From positions 5,890,001 through 5,954,000 of the forward strand of contig CM022671.1 in the NCBI GenBank assembly GCA_012295275.1: a DNA stretch of 64,000 nucleotides. The letters are read 5' to 3'. The stretch comes from Chrysomallon squamiferum (Eukaryota; Animalia; Mollusca). The notes beneath the pieces are model-generated. The model was not told the DNA's origin. It did not search any database and saw nothing but the letters and a program-made list of their open reading frames with translations. Of the stretch, positions 25,725-39,724 are shown one piece after another (the stretch's first letter is position 1; the number at the start of each line of letters is the position of its first letter). A program made the position numbers and the translations under genes.

Positions 25725-25870
25725 TTAATAATAATCATCATCATCATAATAATATAATAATTACAATAATGGAATGATCAGTTAGTATTTTTATTACAGA
25801 AAAAGATAGTTACTGTTACTAATGTATCACAGTCAAAATGTTGATGGCAGTGAAATATCATAGATGTATA
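25240..25870 (+). repeat. Diverged ~320-bp tandem duplication, each copy containing an (AAT)n tract
   Basis: TATTTCAGAC...(AAT)n...AGTATTTTTATT...CAGTGAAAT.TCATA.ATGTATA occurs at ~25240-25530 and again at ~25560-25870. Confidence 0.75.
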
Positions 25871-26171
25871 TACTTGCATATATATATTATACAAAGTATG
25901 TGGACAAACTTCTGTAGTACATGACCAAACTATGAAAAAAAGACTAAATTAGATGACTGAAGTTTATCCACACACAGAGAAATAAGAGTTTTATTTTTAA
26001 ATAAATATCTAAATGTAGAAATCATATCAACGTTGGGTGGAATTGATTTCAGTATATTCCAGTACATATCATTTATTTGATAACTTACACATATACAATT
26101 CAGATTAATGTAATAATAAAATTGAAAAAAATAAACTAATAAAATAATAAAATAATATTAATAATAGTAGT

Positions 26172-26220
<49 letters not shown>

Positions 26221-26629
26221 TAATTTACTAACAGTGATACTGTTAAAATTGTATTTTCCATTATACTGCTATTAAAGAATTTGTTAAAGCAAAAATAAAT
26301 ATTTTATTATTATTACTATAATTAAATTTCTTCTGTTTTATATTATTATAGAATTTTAAAAACAGTACCCTAGAAACACATTAAAAAATAAAAATAAATA
26401 AAACATTTCATTAAAAACATTTTCAGTAATTTATACATTGTTATGCTTGTTCACCTATGTCAATGACTCAAAAGTTATTTTACCATAATATTATTTTATT
26501 AAGAAATCCTGTTTCCACTAACTAAAATTTAATAAATAAAAATATAGGTCTAAAATAATAAAATTGATAAAAATACATGAATTTAAAAAAATAATACAAT
26601 GAAAATGTACATTTTGGTCCACTCTGTAT

Positions 26630-26990
26630 AATAAATGTTTTTATCATATTTTTATATTTTTAAGTTTTTGATACAGAAAAAAAGAAGACGGCATTGTGGA
26701 AAACAAAGTCGTATAGAAAATTTGTATGTTGTGTACAAAACATGCAGTTTTTTCTTTTTCATTTATATTTTTAAGTTTTTGATGCAGAAACAACAGGATT
26801 ATGCTATCTCAAAGTTATTTGTAGAGGAAATATGTATGTTTTTCCCTCCTTTTTCTATATTTTTAAAGTTGTATTACAGAGAAACAAATATTATGACAAA
26901 GTAATGCCATCTGAATCATGTTTTGAGGAAATCTGTATGTTGTTTACAGAACATGCACTTTTTTCTTCTTCTTTCTTGATAGAGAATCTA
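26630..26990 (+). repeat. Degenerate ~100-115-bp tandem repeat (about 3 copies)
   Basis: TATATTTTTAAG/AAAGTT...CAGA.AA...GAAAT.TGTATGTT recurs at ~26655, ~26765 and ~26857. Confidence 0.6.
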
Positions 26991-27239
26991 TGTTTTTACT
27001 TAATAATAAAAATAATGGTAAAATATTTTTAAGTTACCAGAATTACTATTTTATATTCATATATTAAAATGACTATGTAAAAAATTAAATTGGCAAAGGT
27101 TTTGAATTGTCTTTCATGGTAAATGTGTATATAAAAATATGTATGTATTTAAAATGATATCATAATAAAGATTCAGCTGTGATCCAATTGTATTTACATG
27201 TATGTATTTATATGATTACTTATGCTGAAGTATTTATGT

Positions 27240-29111
27240 TTATGTTGTAATGTTTGTATTTTGTGTGATGACACTGTGAGATCTATCCTGGTTTTTGTGA
27301 AACTGTTGTACACACTGTGCAAAACAAATCAGGAGGATTAACTCCACCTGTGGGACAGAAGTTTTAGAAGTGAAGACACACTGATGTTTGACAAAATTGG
27401 GAAGTATGGAGCCAATTTTTGCATGTGGAGATGAATTGCAGGAATGAAATGAATAAAGACATGAGCTGTGCATGTTGTGGAGAGGTCTGTTAGACAGAGA
27501 AGGTTCAGAAAAAATAATAAATAAATAAAAATAACGTATATCATTATGTACAGAAACAAAGACAGTGAGGCAGTTATGTCAAATGTCATTAAGGAGAGGT
27601 TGGTTTCTTAGACTGAAGAAACTTTTAAGAGGAAAAGTCTTCAGAAGAGGGGATAAATGGAAGTAAATTGGATTAGCAACTAATAGACAAAACTATTTTT
27701 AAATACAATATTAGTAGACATTTAGCTCTTTCTATAGCAAACAAACTTATAAAAGTTCATCTTTTTTCATACCTAAGGGCACTAACTACAAACACTGCTG
27801 TAGAAATACGTAAAAAAAAATTAAATAAACATTTTCATTATTGTGAAATTTCTTGTACTCATTGCCCTATGTAATACATTCTTATCATATCTTTATACAG
27901 AAATTTTAAATTACATCTTCAGTACTTGTTTCTTAAATAATTCTTCTTGTCAGTAAGACTTCACCAATCCAATCCTGGATGAAAACCTCTGCCTTGCAAA
28001 CTAAAGAAAAAAAAACAAAAAAAACCCCAAAAACCATGTTTAGAAGGTTTGTATATTTAACTTTAATTATCACTATTTTTATTATAATTTATTTATTTTT
28101 ATTTTAATTATTCCTCTTAAGCTATATATATATTTCTCAGAAGAAAAGGTGTTGGAAAGGATCTGAATGAAGGCATGAATAGTATTTGTTGTCACAGATC
28201 ATCTATTAGATGAGGTTAAAAAAAAAAAATAATAATAATCAGAAAACATACAACATTTATCAGTAATACAGTAACTCAGCTTTTTGTATTTTCTTGTGTT
28301 ATTTTTTTTTATTATTAAAAATCTTTAAAAAATTCTATGTAAATACATAATCAAATAAAATTGTGTTTTTGATCAACATTTCAAAATGATTCATATTATA
28401 ATGTAATAAAACTTTAATTGTAAAACTGTGAATAAAATATTTAATGTACTCACCACATCGTATTATCTTTTGAAGAAAAATATATTTATAAGTTCACTGA
28501 CGTGGAGGAATTTATTCGACACTTGGAGAAATTAGACTACCAAATCTGAAAGACTGATCAACAGTAATTTAAAAAGAACAAACTAAATATTATATTTAAT
28601 ATATCAATACTTACATAATTTCTTTTTAACATTAACAGTACAGCTTAGGCAATTTTTAATAATTTATTATTCACCAAAATTTGTTGTGGTAATAAAAGCA
28701 ACTTTGTGATGCTACATTTACAATGATTATTTGTACCTGAGTAAAACTACCAAGAAACAGAAGATGAAAAAACTCATTTAACCGTTAATAACACTTTTAC
28801 TAGTTATAATACAAATTAAAGTTATAATTAATTTAAACTCGAATTATAACAAAGCTGCGTCCACAATTTTTTCATCCTGTGGAACGTCTGCTGTAATTTT
28901 AATCTGGAACATTTGATTTGTCACATTCTGTGACGTTGGCATTTGACGTAATGAAATTGCCCATATATGGTAAGTGAAAGCAATAGGTTAGTAATAATAA
29001 TTATTATTAAAATACAACTCAAAATATGTAGAAAATAATCATGTTCGAAATTAAAAGGGCAAAAATAAATTCAGTACATGCTTACGCAAACGTTATCAGC
29101 TTGTAATACCA

Positions 29112-29161
<50 letters not shown>

Positions 29162-29830
29162 CAAAAAAAAAAAAAAAAAGTAAAAGAAAAAGAAAATAAT
29201 TAAAAATCTCTTAATCATATTTTAATATATTATTGTTAGTAAGAAAAAAATCCTCTTCAGGAAATAATAAAGTAATAATAATATTAATAATGTGTACAAA
29301 AATACATCTGAATAAATAAATAATTAAATAAGAAAAAACATAACCTTTTGTGTAAATGTAGAAGAATTTAACCAGTGATGTGTTCTGTATGTCTGGCATC
29401 AACTTCCATAGGCTGGAAAAAACAATGGTACAGAGAGGAGTCCAATTTAAGATCCTTGTAATGATTTTATTAATAGCTACACTAGCAGACTTGGTAAAAT
29501 ATTCAGTATAATGTCTGCTGACAAGGTGTTATCAAAACTGCAAAATTACTATTTATTTTAACATTTCCATTAATCAATTTACTTGCATTAGATTTTGTCT
29601 AATCTGTATCTTCGGTATACATCAAAAACATACAATGTTTATGTTGCTTTTATCTGCCACATTTCAATCAAGAAATCATTTTTAGATCCGTTTCTGGTTT
29701 TAAGCTTTATAAACGATGCTGTTTCCACTTCGATACTTACAGTTTTTATCCATTATACCAAAATGATACCATTAAGTTATTCGAAGTAGCCAAACGCTGA
29801 CGTGGCCAAATATTTCACCTTTTCGTCTGC
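27240..29830 (-). ncRNA. Putative spliced long non-coding transcript (5 candidate exons)
   Basis: Non-repetitive islands bounded by minus-strand splice consensus: 29741-~29830 (GTAAGT donor), 29345-29537, 28454-28545 (GTGAGT donor), 27915-28000, and ~27240-27486 (ccttctctgtctaacAG acceptor). I found no long joined ORF. Outer ends are approximate. Confidence 0.35.
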
Positions 29831-31158
29831 TCTACAGAACACGTGACCAGGAGACTATTCCGATTTTGTACGACTCCGAATAAACACGTCGATGGAACAT
29901 TAATGTAATTCAAAAGCTTTGATGGGTGCGATAGAGCGAAACGAATCTACCACTTACAGATATTGTTTCTGTTTTCAAGAAATTTTACAATATTTTTGTC
30001 CCAGACGATGTACAAATAACATTTAAATGTCATCATGAATAAACATTGTTCGCTTTCGACGTTTCGTGTCTTGTTATGTGACGACGAATATAATATTTTA
30101 TTTTATTTATAAAAGTTAAATCTTAAAATAAATAAATAAATAAATAAATAAATAGTTGGTTTTCCAACCTGAATCTAGAATATTAAATCGTACTGACAGT
30201 AGCAAATAACCTTATTAATAAAAAATATAATTTCAGATTGTAAACTAGATTTCTCAAGCTAATGTTCCTGGTTCAAATCCTATCTGAATAAATAGTAACA
30301 CAAACCTTACTTGTAAACACTTGTTTTTGAGTAACTGATCAAGTATGCATAACAAACACTTCAATTATTTATCTGAATCTTTTGATGACTTTTTATTACA
30401 CCTTGTAGCCAAGTATTAATATACACTTGTGTGTCATTAACCTATTCATTGATGAGCTGCATAAATACTGAAATATTCATGACCATATACTTTATTTCCT
30501 GTAAGTGTTGTTGAGTAATATTTGTTTAAAATAATAATGATGATAAAAATGATTTCTAAAAACTAATAAAAATATTAATAATTAAAAAAAATAATGATAA
30601 ATAAATAAATACATAATTTAATTTCTTATTGTGGGTAGAAGTTGTCAGTGTTGGTTATAGATTAACTTAATACCTTTATACTAAAGCCAATCACAATAGA
30701 ACTTGCATTCATTTCTAGTTAAAGTGAACTGCTAATAAAAAACCTAAATAAATGTTGTATATTCCCAAAAGACTGGTTTAAAACAAGAGACCACATTTCT
30801 TAAAAATAAACAAAGAAAAGCCCACAACCAAAATTAAAGATTTTTATTTCCTTTCTTTGCTTGTGAATTCATAAAAAGTAACAAAAATAATCTTTAAATA
30901 TTCAATTTTTGAGGAACATTTTTAAACGAAACACAAATTTCAGCAGTGGTAACTTTTTATCACATTTTTTAAATATGTAAAACCAAATTCAGTTAAACAG
31001 AAAATAAAAATATAAGTATGTACAAAGATATTAACATTTTAACAAAGATGAAAGTTAAAAATTCTTGATTACAATTTCTAAACATTTTAGTAACACATTA
31101 ACAAAATTTGAGTAACTAAACAATATAACTTTAACAAATAAACAAAATATAATAATAA

Positions 31159-31189
<31 letters not shown>

Positions 31190-32175
31190 AAGAAAAAGAA
31201 GAATTAAGGTATGAACAATATTCTGTCAAATTTTCAATCCAATTAAAATACCTCTTCCAAATTTATTAACTGACTTGATGCATGAATTTAAAATCTGATG
31301 GTTATGTTCAGCATCTCATTTTCTTGATATTCTTGTAATTTCTGTGGATAATTCATTTACTATAATTTGTAATGTATTGACTCTAGTTTCAAATATTCAA
31401 TAAAAAAAATTCAGAACTTGATCACATTATAAAAGAAAAAGAATATGAATTAAACACACAGGTTTGGTCTGCATTTTTTACATTGTTTGTTTTTACAGAT
31501 ACAGTCATCCAATCACTATAACTTCAAAACATAAATGTACCAGATCAAAAAACATTTTAAAAAATAAAAAAAAAAAAAAATAAAACCAAAAAAAAGGTAA
31601 GAAATTTAACAATTATTAAATGAAAACTTAAGCATAACAATGAATGATGTGATTACAAAACTTCTTCTTTTCTTCTTTAGTTTAGATTTTGTGGAATCTT
31701 TTGAAGCACTGCATCTATTAACTTTTTAGAATTCATTTTAATATGTGGTTGATATGAAATAACAAATTCATTACTTCTAGATTAAATAAGGATATACGAT
31801 ATGTATATATATATATATATATACAATAAAAATAATAAAGAATGTAATTTATTTAAAAACCTGTGTTCCCCAAAATTATGCAAATGAACTAAGTTTACAG
31901 TGCTATTACTACTATTATATTAATATTTAATAAATATTCACAACCGTATTTTAATTTTCAAACTAAAATAACTCCTTAAGCCAAGTTTTAATAAACAACA
32001 TATATATATATATATATAAAAAACGCACACATTTAAGTGTCAAAATTTCTATTAATGAACTCCAGTATGTCCATATTCATTCATATTAGTACTTATTTTT
32101 GATTTTGTTATAAAATACATGTACAAACATGTAAAATGAGTGCTGTTTAGATTCACACAGAAATGAACATGTAAG

Positions 32176-32303
32176 TTAATGTTCCTTGGACTCAGGTAGA
32201 CAGTCTGTAATGCTGCATTCAACAAACTTGCGTGGAACAACATGAGCGTTTTGTAACACACTGGGTCGCGTGTGAAACCTGAATCCTTGCTGAAAATAAT
32301 AAA

Positions 32304-32338
<35 letters not shown>

Positions 32339-33561
32339 TAACAATAACATTAATAACAACAACATGATAATAATAGCAATAGTAACAATAATAATAACTA
32401 ATAATAGTAATGATAACAACAGCAACAAAAAACAAAAGTGAAAATAATAGCAATAATAATAATAACAATAACAATAGTGATAATAATGATGAAAATGATT
32501 ATGATGATGATAATGATAATAATAATAATGTCAACAGTGATAATAGTAATAATAACTACAAAAACAAAAACCATAATAATAATAAAATACATTTACTTAA
32601 CAAGCTCTTTGTAATCATTCTGAATCCCAGTGAGATAGACTGTGGATTAAAATATTTGTTGCATATTTATCATATGTTTTACTGAAGTTACAGTAAAACA
32701 TATGATAAATATGCAACAAATATAATATTTGAAAAAAAAAAAAACCAAGTTACTTGTTCATTTTAATCCAGTCTATCTCACCCTATCCCCATGTATATTT
32801 AGATTCCTATCATCATTTCCTTTCACATTCCTGTCTCCATCTCATCTCATTCCCCACCCACTCCCATTTTGTCCCCATACCCTTTTTAATTTCTATTCTA
32901 TTGGACAAACCCTAAATACATTTTTTTATAATGAAAAAACCTTTGGCAGTTTTCTTCTGGTCACAATTCCATCTCCTACAGACACGTTTGTGAGCTGAGA
33001 ATAGGAGCTGCATGCAAGTTTCAATCTTTTCACTGCCGGCTCCTCAACAGGCTCCTCCGACAAGATCTCCTTGGTTACCACAGCTCCTGGACTTAATTCA
33101 AGATGGATGCCGTCAAATTCCACTGGCGTCATGCTGTCCTGAATTAATTCTGAGCACTCTCCTTCGAATACCACTGGTTTTGTTGCATTCTGAACTAATT
33201 CAGGTGACTCTTCCTTTGACAGATCAGCTTCTGTAACAATCCTAGTTAATTTCTGCTGCTGTTTTTCAGTTTCAAACTTCAATTTTAACTCTTTTTTCAG
33301 CTTATAAATGAGGAAAGCTTTAAAGGGTAAAAAAAAAAAAAAAAAAAAAAAGGAATTAATAAATCTACAGCAGAAGGATGTTGGTGAAAACCGAATGCAA
33401 AAGGAATTACAATGATGAAAGAACAAATAAATTGGCAGACTTGATTTTATTTAATTATTATTATTTATGTATTTTTTATTTATTTTTATTATTTATTTAT
33501 TTACTTTTTCTTAATTTTATTTTTTTTTTAACAATTTGATTAAATGGCAAACAATACAAGC

Positions 33562-33615
<54 letters not shown>

Positions 33616-36600
33616 TGTACTGATGATGTAAAACTTGGTAACAGACCTCTCTGAATAACAGCAGCAGCCTCATTTTGTTTTCTCTTCATCCACAGAGATA
33701 TCAGTCTTCTCCACCAGTTCTGAATCACACAGGCCTGCTTGTTCAAAACCTGAGCTCTGCATGATTCTAATTTCTCTATCTGTAAGAGAAACAACACTTT
33801 AAAACAAAAATGTCTTCCAAGATAACTAACTGACAGTTCACTGTGACTGTTATACATAGTTTCTTTCTCAGAAATTAACTTTTTTAAGAGTAAAACAGTT
33901 CTGAAACACATTCTATATAGCAGGGTTTTTTTTTTTTAACCAAATGTTTTGTAATGTGTTTAATTCAAAATGAATAATTCCTTAAGATTATTTGCTTTTG
34001 ATGAACTCAAACATTTACAAGTAAAACCATATGTTTTTAATTTATGATAAAATATCAACATTATGAATTTTGGCAGATTATATTTCTAATTAAGCAGACA
34101 TTCTAAACATCCATAATTGTTGAATTTTTTGTTGCACTAAAATTCAGGATAAACCTTTATCAGTAATAAGAACCTTGTATTAATTATAATTTAAATATTT
34201 GTAATAACAGTTTAAATACCTGCTCCTGTAACAAGAAAATCTTTGTTTTTCCAAACTGTCTAACAAGACGTTCGTAGTCGGTGAACTCAGACATGAACAT
34301 GGACTGAAGAACTGCAGCACAGCATTTTCTGATGTGATCTGCACCAGCCAGTCCTGTAAACAAACATTTACACAAATGTTTGTATTAATTACTACAGTCA
34401 AACAGCACCCATTCTCAGTGGTTTGTTGTTTTATACGTATTTTGTTTTGCATAAGATAAATGTATTATACCATCAGACAAAAATGTGGTTTTTATATCAT
34501 TCTGTCTAAGTTTGAGAAATTTAACTGAGATGTTCTGGGTTTATTTCAGGAATGAATGACTGCAGGATCTGTGTTTGCCACACTGATTCTGTTAGATCCT
34601 ATTCTAACAACTGCTCTGTAACTGGAGCTTCAGCGATGTCTGTCTGTCTATCTGTTTATAATCAGTTCTCTAAACACTACAAATTTGTATGTGTAGACTG
34701 ATAAAAAATTAATTCACTATCATAAATAACACAAAAAATAAAAAAATAAAAATAAATAAAATAAATAAAATAAAAATAAAAAATAAAAAACAAACACAAA
34801 AAACCCCCAAGAAACATTTCTGTTATCACTAACAAACTGATCAATTTCCTATAAACAGAAATTTACATTCAGGTTTATCTAAGAACCATGCAATTATTAC
34901 ATTATGATTTCTTCAAACTATTAACTTTCTTTCATTCTTTTTTCAAAAAACCCCTCAAAACAACATGAATTATAAAAACTTAGTTCACACACAATTTCTC
35001 TTGCTTCCTGAATAAACTGACATTCAGATAGCTTGAATATTCTCTGATAGAGAGCAGCTCAGATGAACATTTGAATAGATATCACTGATTCTCTGTCAGA
35101 CATAAATCTGTATCGTTTTGTTTGTTAATCTTTGCCAACTGTACAACTGAAAGCTATCACATGTTAATCAGCTGACTGTTTCACCACTATTTAGGTCAAA
35201 ACAAACATGTCTGAAGATTTCCAAGTCAGCGATTTTGTGATAGGGGTCTTGGATTTTGTCTTGTAGCATGTGTATTTATGACTAATGGTATTTTTTTTAG
35301 TACCAGCAAACTAAAAAATTACCAATCTAAAGGAATGTAAAGCCAAAATTATTGTTAAACAAATATACTAGCCTGGAATCATACAGACCAGCCAAAAAAC
35401 GATATAGACCTATCTCTGGTGGAAAAGCCAAACATATCCATCCAAATGTCTGTCTGAGCTGTTCTCCCCAGGACTAATATTCAGATGACAAAAAAAAAAA
35501 AAAAAAAAAAATTAACTAACCTGTTCTTCTTCGTAGTTTTTTTTTCTGTATCTGTGTTGTCAGTGTGGGTGACACTGGCATGCCAAGCTGCTTACACAGT
35601 AACATCTCCAGAGATTCAAACAAAGCCTGGTTTTCCTTGTCAGTGTCACAGTGCTGGGCACCAATGTACGACAGGAGAAACCCATATCTCTCGTGAAAAT
35701 CTTCATACGACATTCTGAAATGTTTTTATTTTTAATAACAATTTATGATGATTACTGCCATGTTTTTTTTGTTAAAATCAATATATAATTTTCTGATAAT
35801 ACTGTCAGAATTATGGCCACTGTTGTATATTTTGACAAAAACTATTTTTTCTGAATTACAGCCAGAATATGACTACTTTTGTGTATTTTGGGAAAAACAA
35901 GTAAAAAAAACCCAAATGTCTGATAATACTGTGGGAATTGATACATCTAACAGGTCTATGATTATTACTGAAGTTGTGAAGAGAAAAAAAAAAAAAAAAA
36001 AATAAATGGCTGCAAATTTTATTATTAGCAAAGACTAATGAATAAAAAAGGAAAAAAATATAATAACTAAATGTAAGAATTAAACATATTTTTCTGTTGT
36101 TAGGACATCTCTGATATCTTTAACAAGTAATAAAATAAAACATGTACATCAAATATACTCCAGTTTCTTGTTGGGTTTTTTGTTGTTGGGTTTTGTTTTA
36201 TAGCAATAATTAAAAACATAACAATAACTTTAGGTGTTTAAAACACAACCAGAAGAAATATTTTAAATAATAACATTTTTTTTCCTTGAAAGCTATGTTT
36301 TAACAAGAATGAAATAAAGCTGTAACAGAGTTATATAAAGATATTTAACATATGACAAAATGGATATTTTACTAATGAAACTTGATGTAAAATAAGAAAT
36401 TTACCTGGATGAGTATGTCTGCTGACAGATTCTGACAGTCTCCACTATCCCACATGCCTCTAGTTGTTTCATAACATATACCCGGTCAAACTGACCACCC
36501 TCGCTCATTTCATTAGGCTTTATACACCGGATGTAGTGGACATCAGAAGACTTCAGTGTCATCATTAACTGATCCAAAGATCCCTGTAAAATATAAATTT

Positions 36601-39600
36601 TATACATCAACACTGAATGTTATTAATAAAGAAACCAGTTAAAATTAATGTCTACTGTTTATCCAAAATCCGTGCCATAACGAACTGTCAATCTCTGTTA
36701 GCAAAATAGAATCCTTCCACTGAATTTAATATTATTATTGACTGGTGTAATAATTTTAGAATATATTTACTACAGATAAAATATTGTTTCTACTCATTTC
36801 AGTCCTATATAAATGTATCAATTAAATTAATAATTTATAGAAAATATTGTTTACTTTGTTAAAAATCAATGATAATTCTTTTTGTTTTAACTTTTTAATT
36901 TAATTTTTGGTGTTTTTTTTTACGTATTATTTTTGGCTTCAGGGAACTGTAACGTGATGTTTAATTATTAAATATTGTGTTTTTTATCTGTGAGAATGCA
37001 AATACAAATTAAGTGAGGTTAATGTGAGTAATTTAACATTTTTACATACAAATTTAAAAACATATTTTACTGACTTTAAACTTCTGTAGAACAGTTTTCT
37101 TTTTCTTTCCCTGTGAGTGTGAGTCTGACTCACAGCCAGTGAGCAGAGATCTGACAAATGGCTTCTCACTGAGAGAGAGAAGAGTTATGATCTCAGCTGG
37201 AATGTTGTCCTGAAAACAAAACAAACAATTAAAACAAAATAATAATAATAAATAAATAATTAAATAAATAAATAAATAATAAACAAACAAATCAATAAAT
37301 CAACAATGAAAGAAAGAAATAATTAACAAATAAACAAAAAATAAAATTGTAAACAAACAAATAATTAAAATTTATTTTTTTAAAAATTAAAAATTAAAGA
37401 AAAACACAACCCCTCCCAAAAAACCCCCAAATACAATAAAAAAAAAAAAAAAAAAAAAAACTATAAATAAACAAATAAATAAATAAATGAAATTAAAATT
37501 TTAAAATGCACCCAGAAAGAGCTATTTGTTTCTTGTTATCATCTTATCAGTTATTTTCCAAAGACCAGCAAAGTTTGGAGATTTCATCTACAACATATTG
37601 CAAATCAGTTCATCTGCTCACCCATTATATTATTTAACATTTCCATAAAAAAGTGCTTTACCGTTTTGGGGAAGGTGTATATATCAAATATCTCTTGCTG
37701 CTAATCAATAAAAACAGCTCACAAAATGGTGTCAGTGATCACATCATCTTTTATTTAAATAACCTAACACATTAACTACTGTCAATAACAAAATGTGCCA
37801 AGACATCATTAAACTTTCATTTATTTGTTTTAATTATTGAAATAAAATAATTCGAATTTTAAAAAAATAATTAAGTTTGAATTACATTTTACCTTGTTTT
37901 TGGTGACCATGTGTTCGACAGAGTAACAGACATTGCCAGCATAGTGGCTGATGACAAAACTCGGAGTTTTGACGGAAGTTTTAGGTTTTTTCAGAGGTGA
38001 ATGTTCTCCATCTTTGATCTTCAACAACCTGTCAGCCAAATCTCTCACACTGGTTTTTCTACTCAAATAAACCTCCTATAATATATATATATATATATAA
38101 GAAATTTTATTTTTATTTTTTTTATTTGTATATATTTTAACATACAGAGATGTTTAATTTACTTATCTCTGGTAATTCAATTTTAACTACTACCTAAAAG
38201 GAAAACATTTTTAAAACATGAATTGTCAAGTCTGATAATTTGGTAAATTAATGCTACAGAAACAGATCATAAACATTTTTAAAGAAAAGCAGAAATGAAC
38301 AAATATTTGTAGAAATGAATGAGATATGGTTTTATTTGTTGTTTTTTATGGTTTTTGTTTCTTTTTTTAATCATGGTTAAATACACCAAATATTACTATT
38401 ATCAGTTTCTTTCTACAACTTTTTTTTAAATAATTTGTTTTTTCTGGTTTCTGTTTTCTCTTCATTAAATTAAAACATTTTATTTTTAACTACATATTTA
38501 AAAAAGATATATAAAAATTCGAATGACATACTTTGGTTGAAATGATAATACCATAAAGTTTGCTATAACACAGAATTATCTATTTTGTTTAGTGTACTTG
38601 TAATAATTAACACTGTTGTCTGTAAATAAAACTATAGACTCTTACCTCGTTGAGAATACCAAAAATACACACTGAGCCCTCCAGGATGTTCAAACAAGGC
38701 TGGTTGTCATGGTAATTTATGTGTAACCAGGGGATACATTCCTCTTCATACTCCCTCTGTTATATATAAAACACATTAAATTTAAAATTTAACAAATTAG
38801 TGTATTCTTAATCTTGTTTATTACATGTCACATATAAGATATTGACTTAAGATGTATAATTTAAGAGTAATGCAAAAGAAATAAAAGCTATGTATAATTA
38901 ATCAAAATAATCAAAATTAAACATTAATTATTAATTGGTTAATAAATTCTGAACTCTGACTGTATCTAAAATAGTTTTGTCTTTGTTTTGTTATACCAGA
39001 ATGCTGCTAATTAAGGGATTATAGAGTATTTAAAATTTATTATTATCTGCTTTAAAAAGAAATAAAAAATTAAAATTTAAACCTGCAAGTCTCTCAAGAA
39101 ATGGCCAATGTAATGTTGCTGAATCTTCTCATTAGCATAATTTATGCACAGTTGTTCCAAGCTGTTAGTTTCAAACGTTTCAAAGCCATAAATGTCCAAC
39201 AGACCTGAACAAATTTATATATTTAAAACATTAATCAGTTCAGAGAAAAAGAAAAATTAACTTAAATCTATAATTTCGTAATGCTGTTTGATTATCGTTT
39301 CCTGTTGAATGAAAACGTTTTAAAAGACTGAGTCAACATAATCCGAGCAGGTCAAGAGACTTAAATTGTTTTGTTTGCTTTTTTTAAATATTTTTTTAAT
39401 TTTTTGTATTGGGTTTATAACAAATGAACAGTACAACTGTGTACTTGAGTGACACCAAAAGTATTAAAACTCTCAATTCTGGTTTCAATTAGTGCAATCA
39501 AATAATTATAATACATGTAGAGTGATGATTAAAACAACAGTTTTAAAAGACTGAGTTACTGTACCTATAGTACTACTGCACTCTTCACACTGAATCTGCT

Positions 39601-39660
39601 GATTTATAAATGTCAGTAGCCAGTCAAATAGTCTGTAATAATAACAATAACAACAACAAC

Positions 39661-39724
<64 letters not shown>

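Noticed and set aside
28445-28549. Plus-strand protein-like peptide FEEKYIYKFTDVEEFIRHLEKLDYQI*
   Set aside because: It has no start codon or acceptor on +, and the splice signals point to the minus strand.
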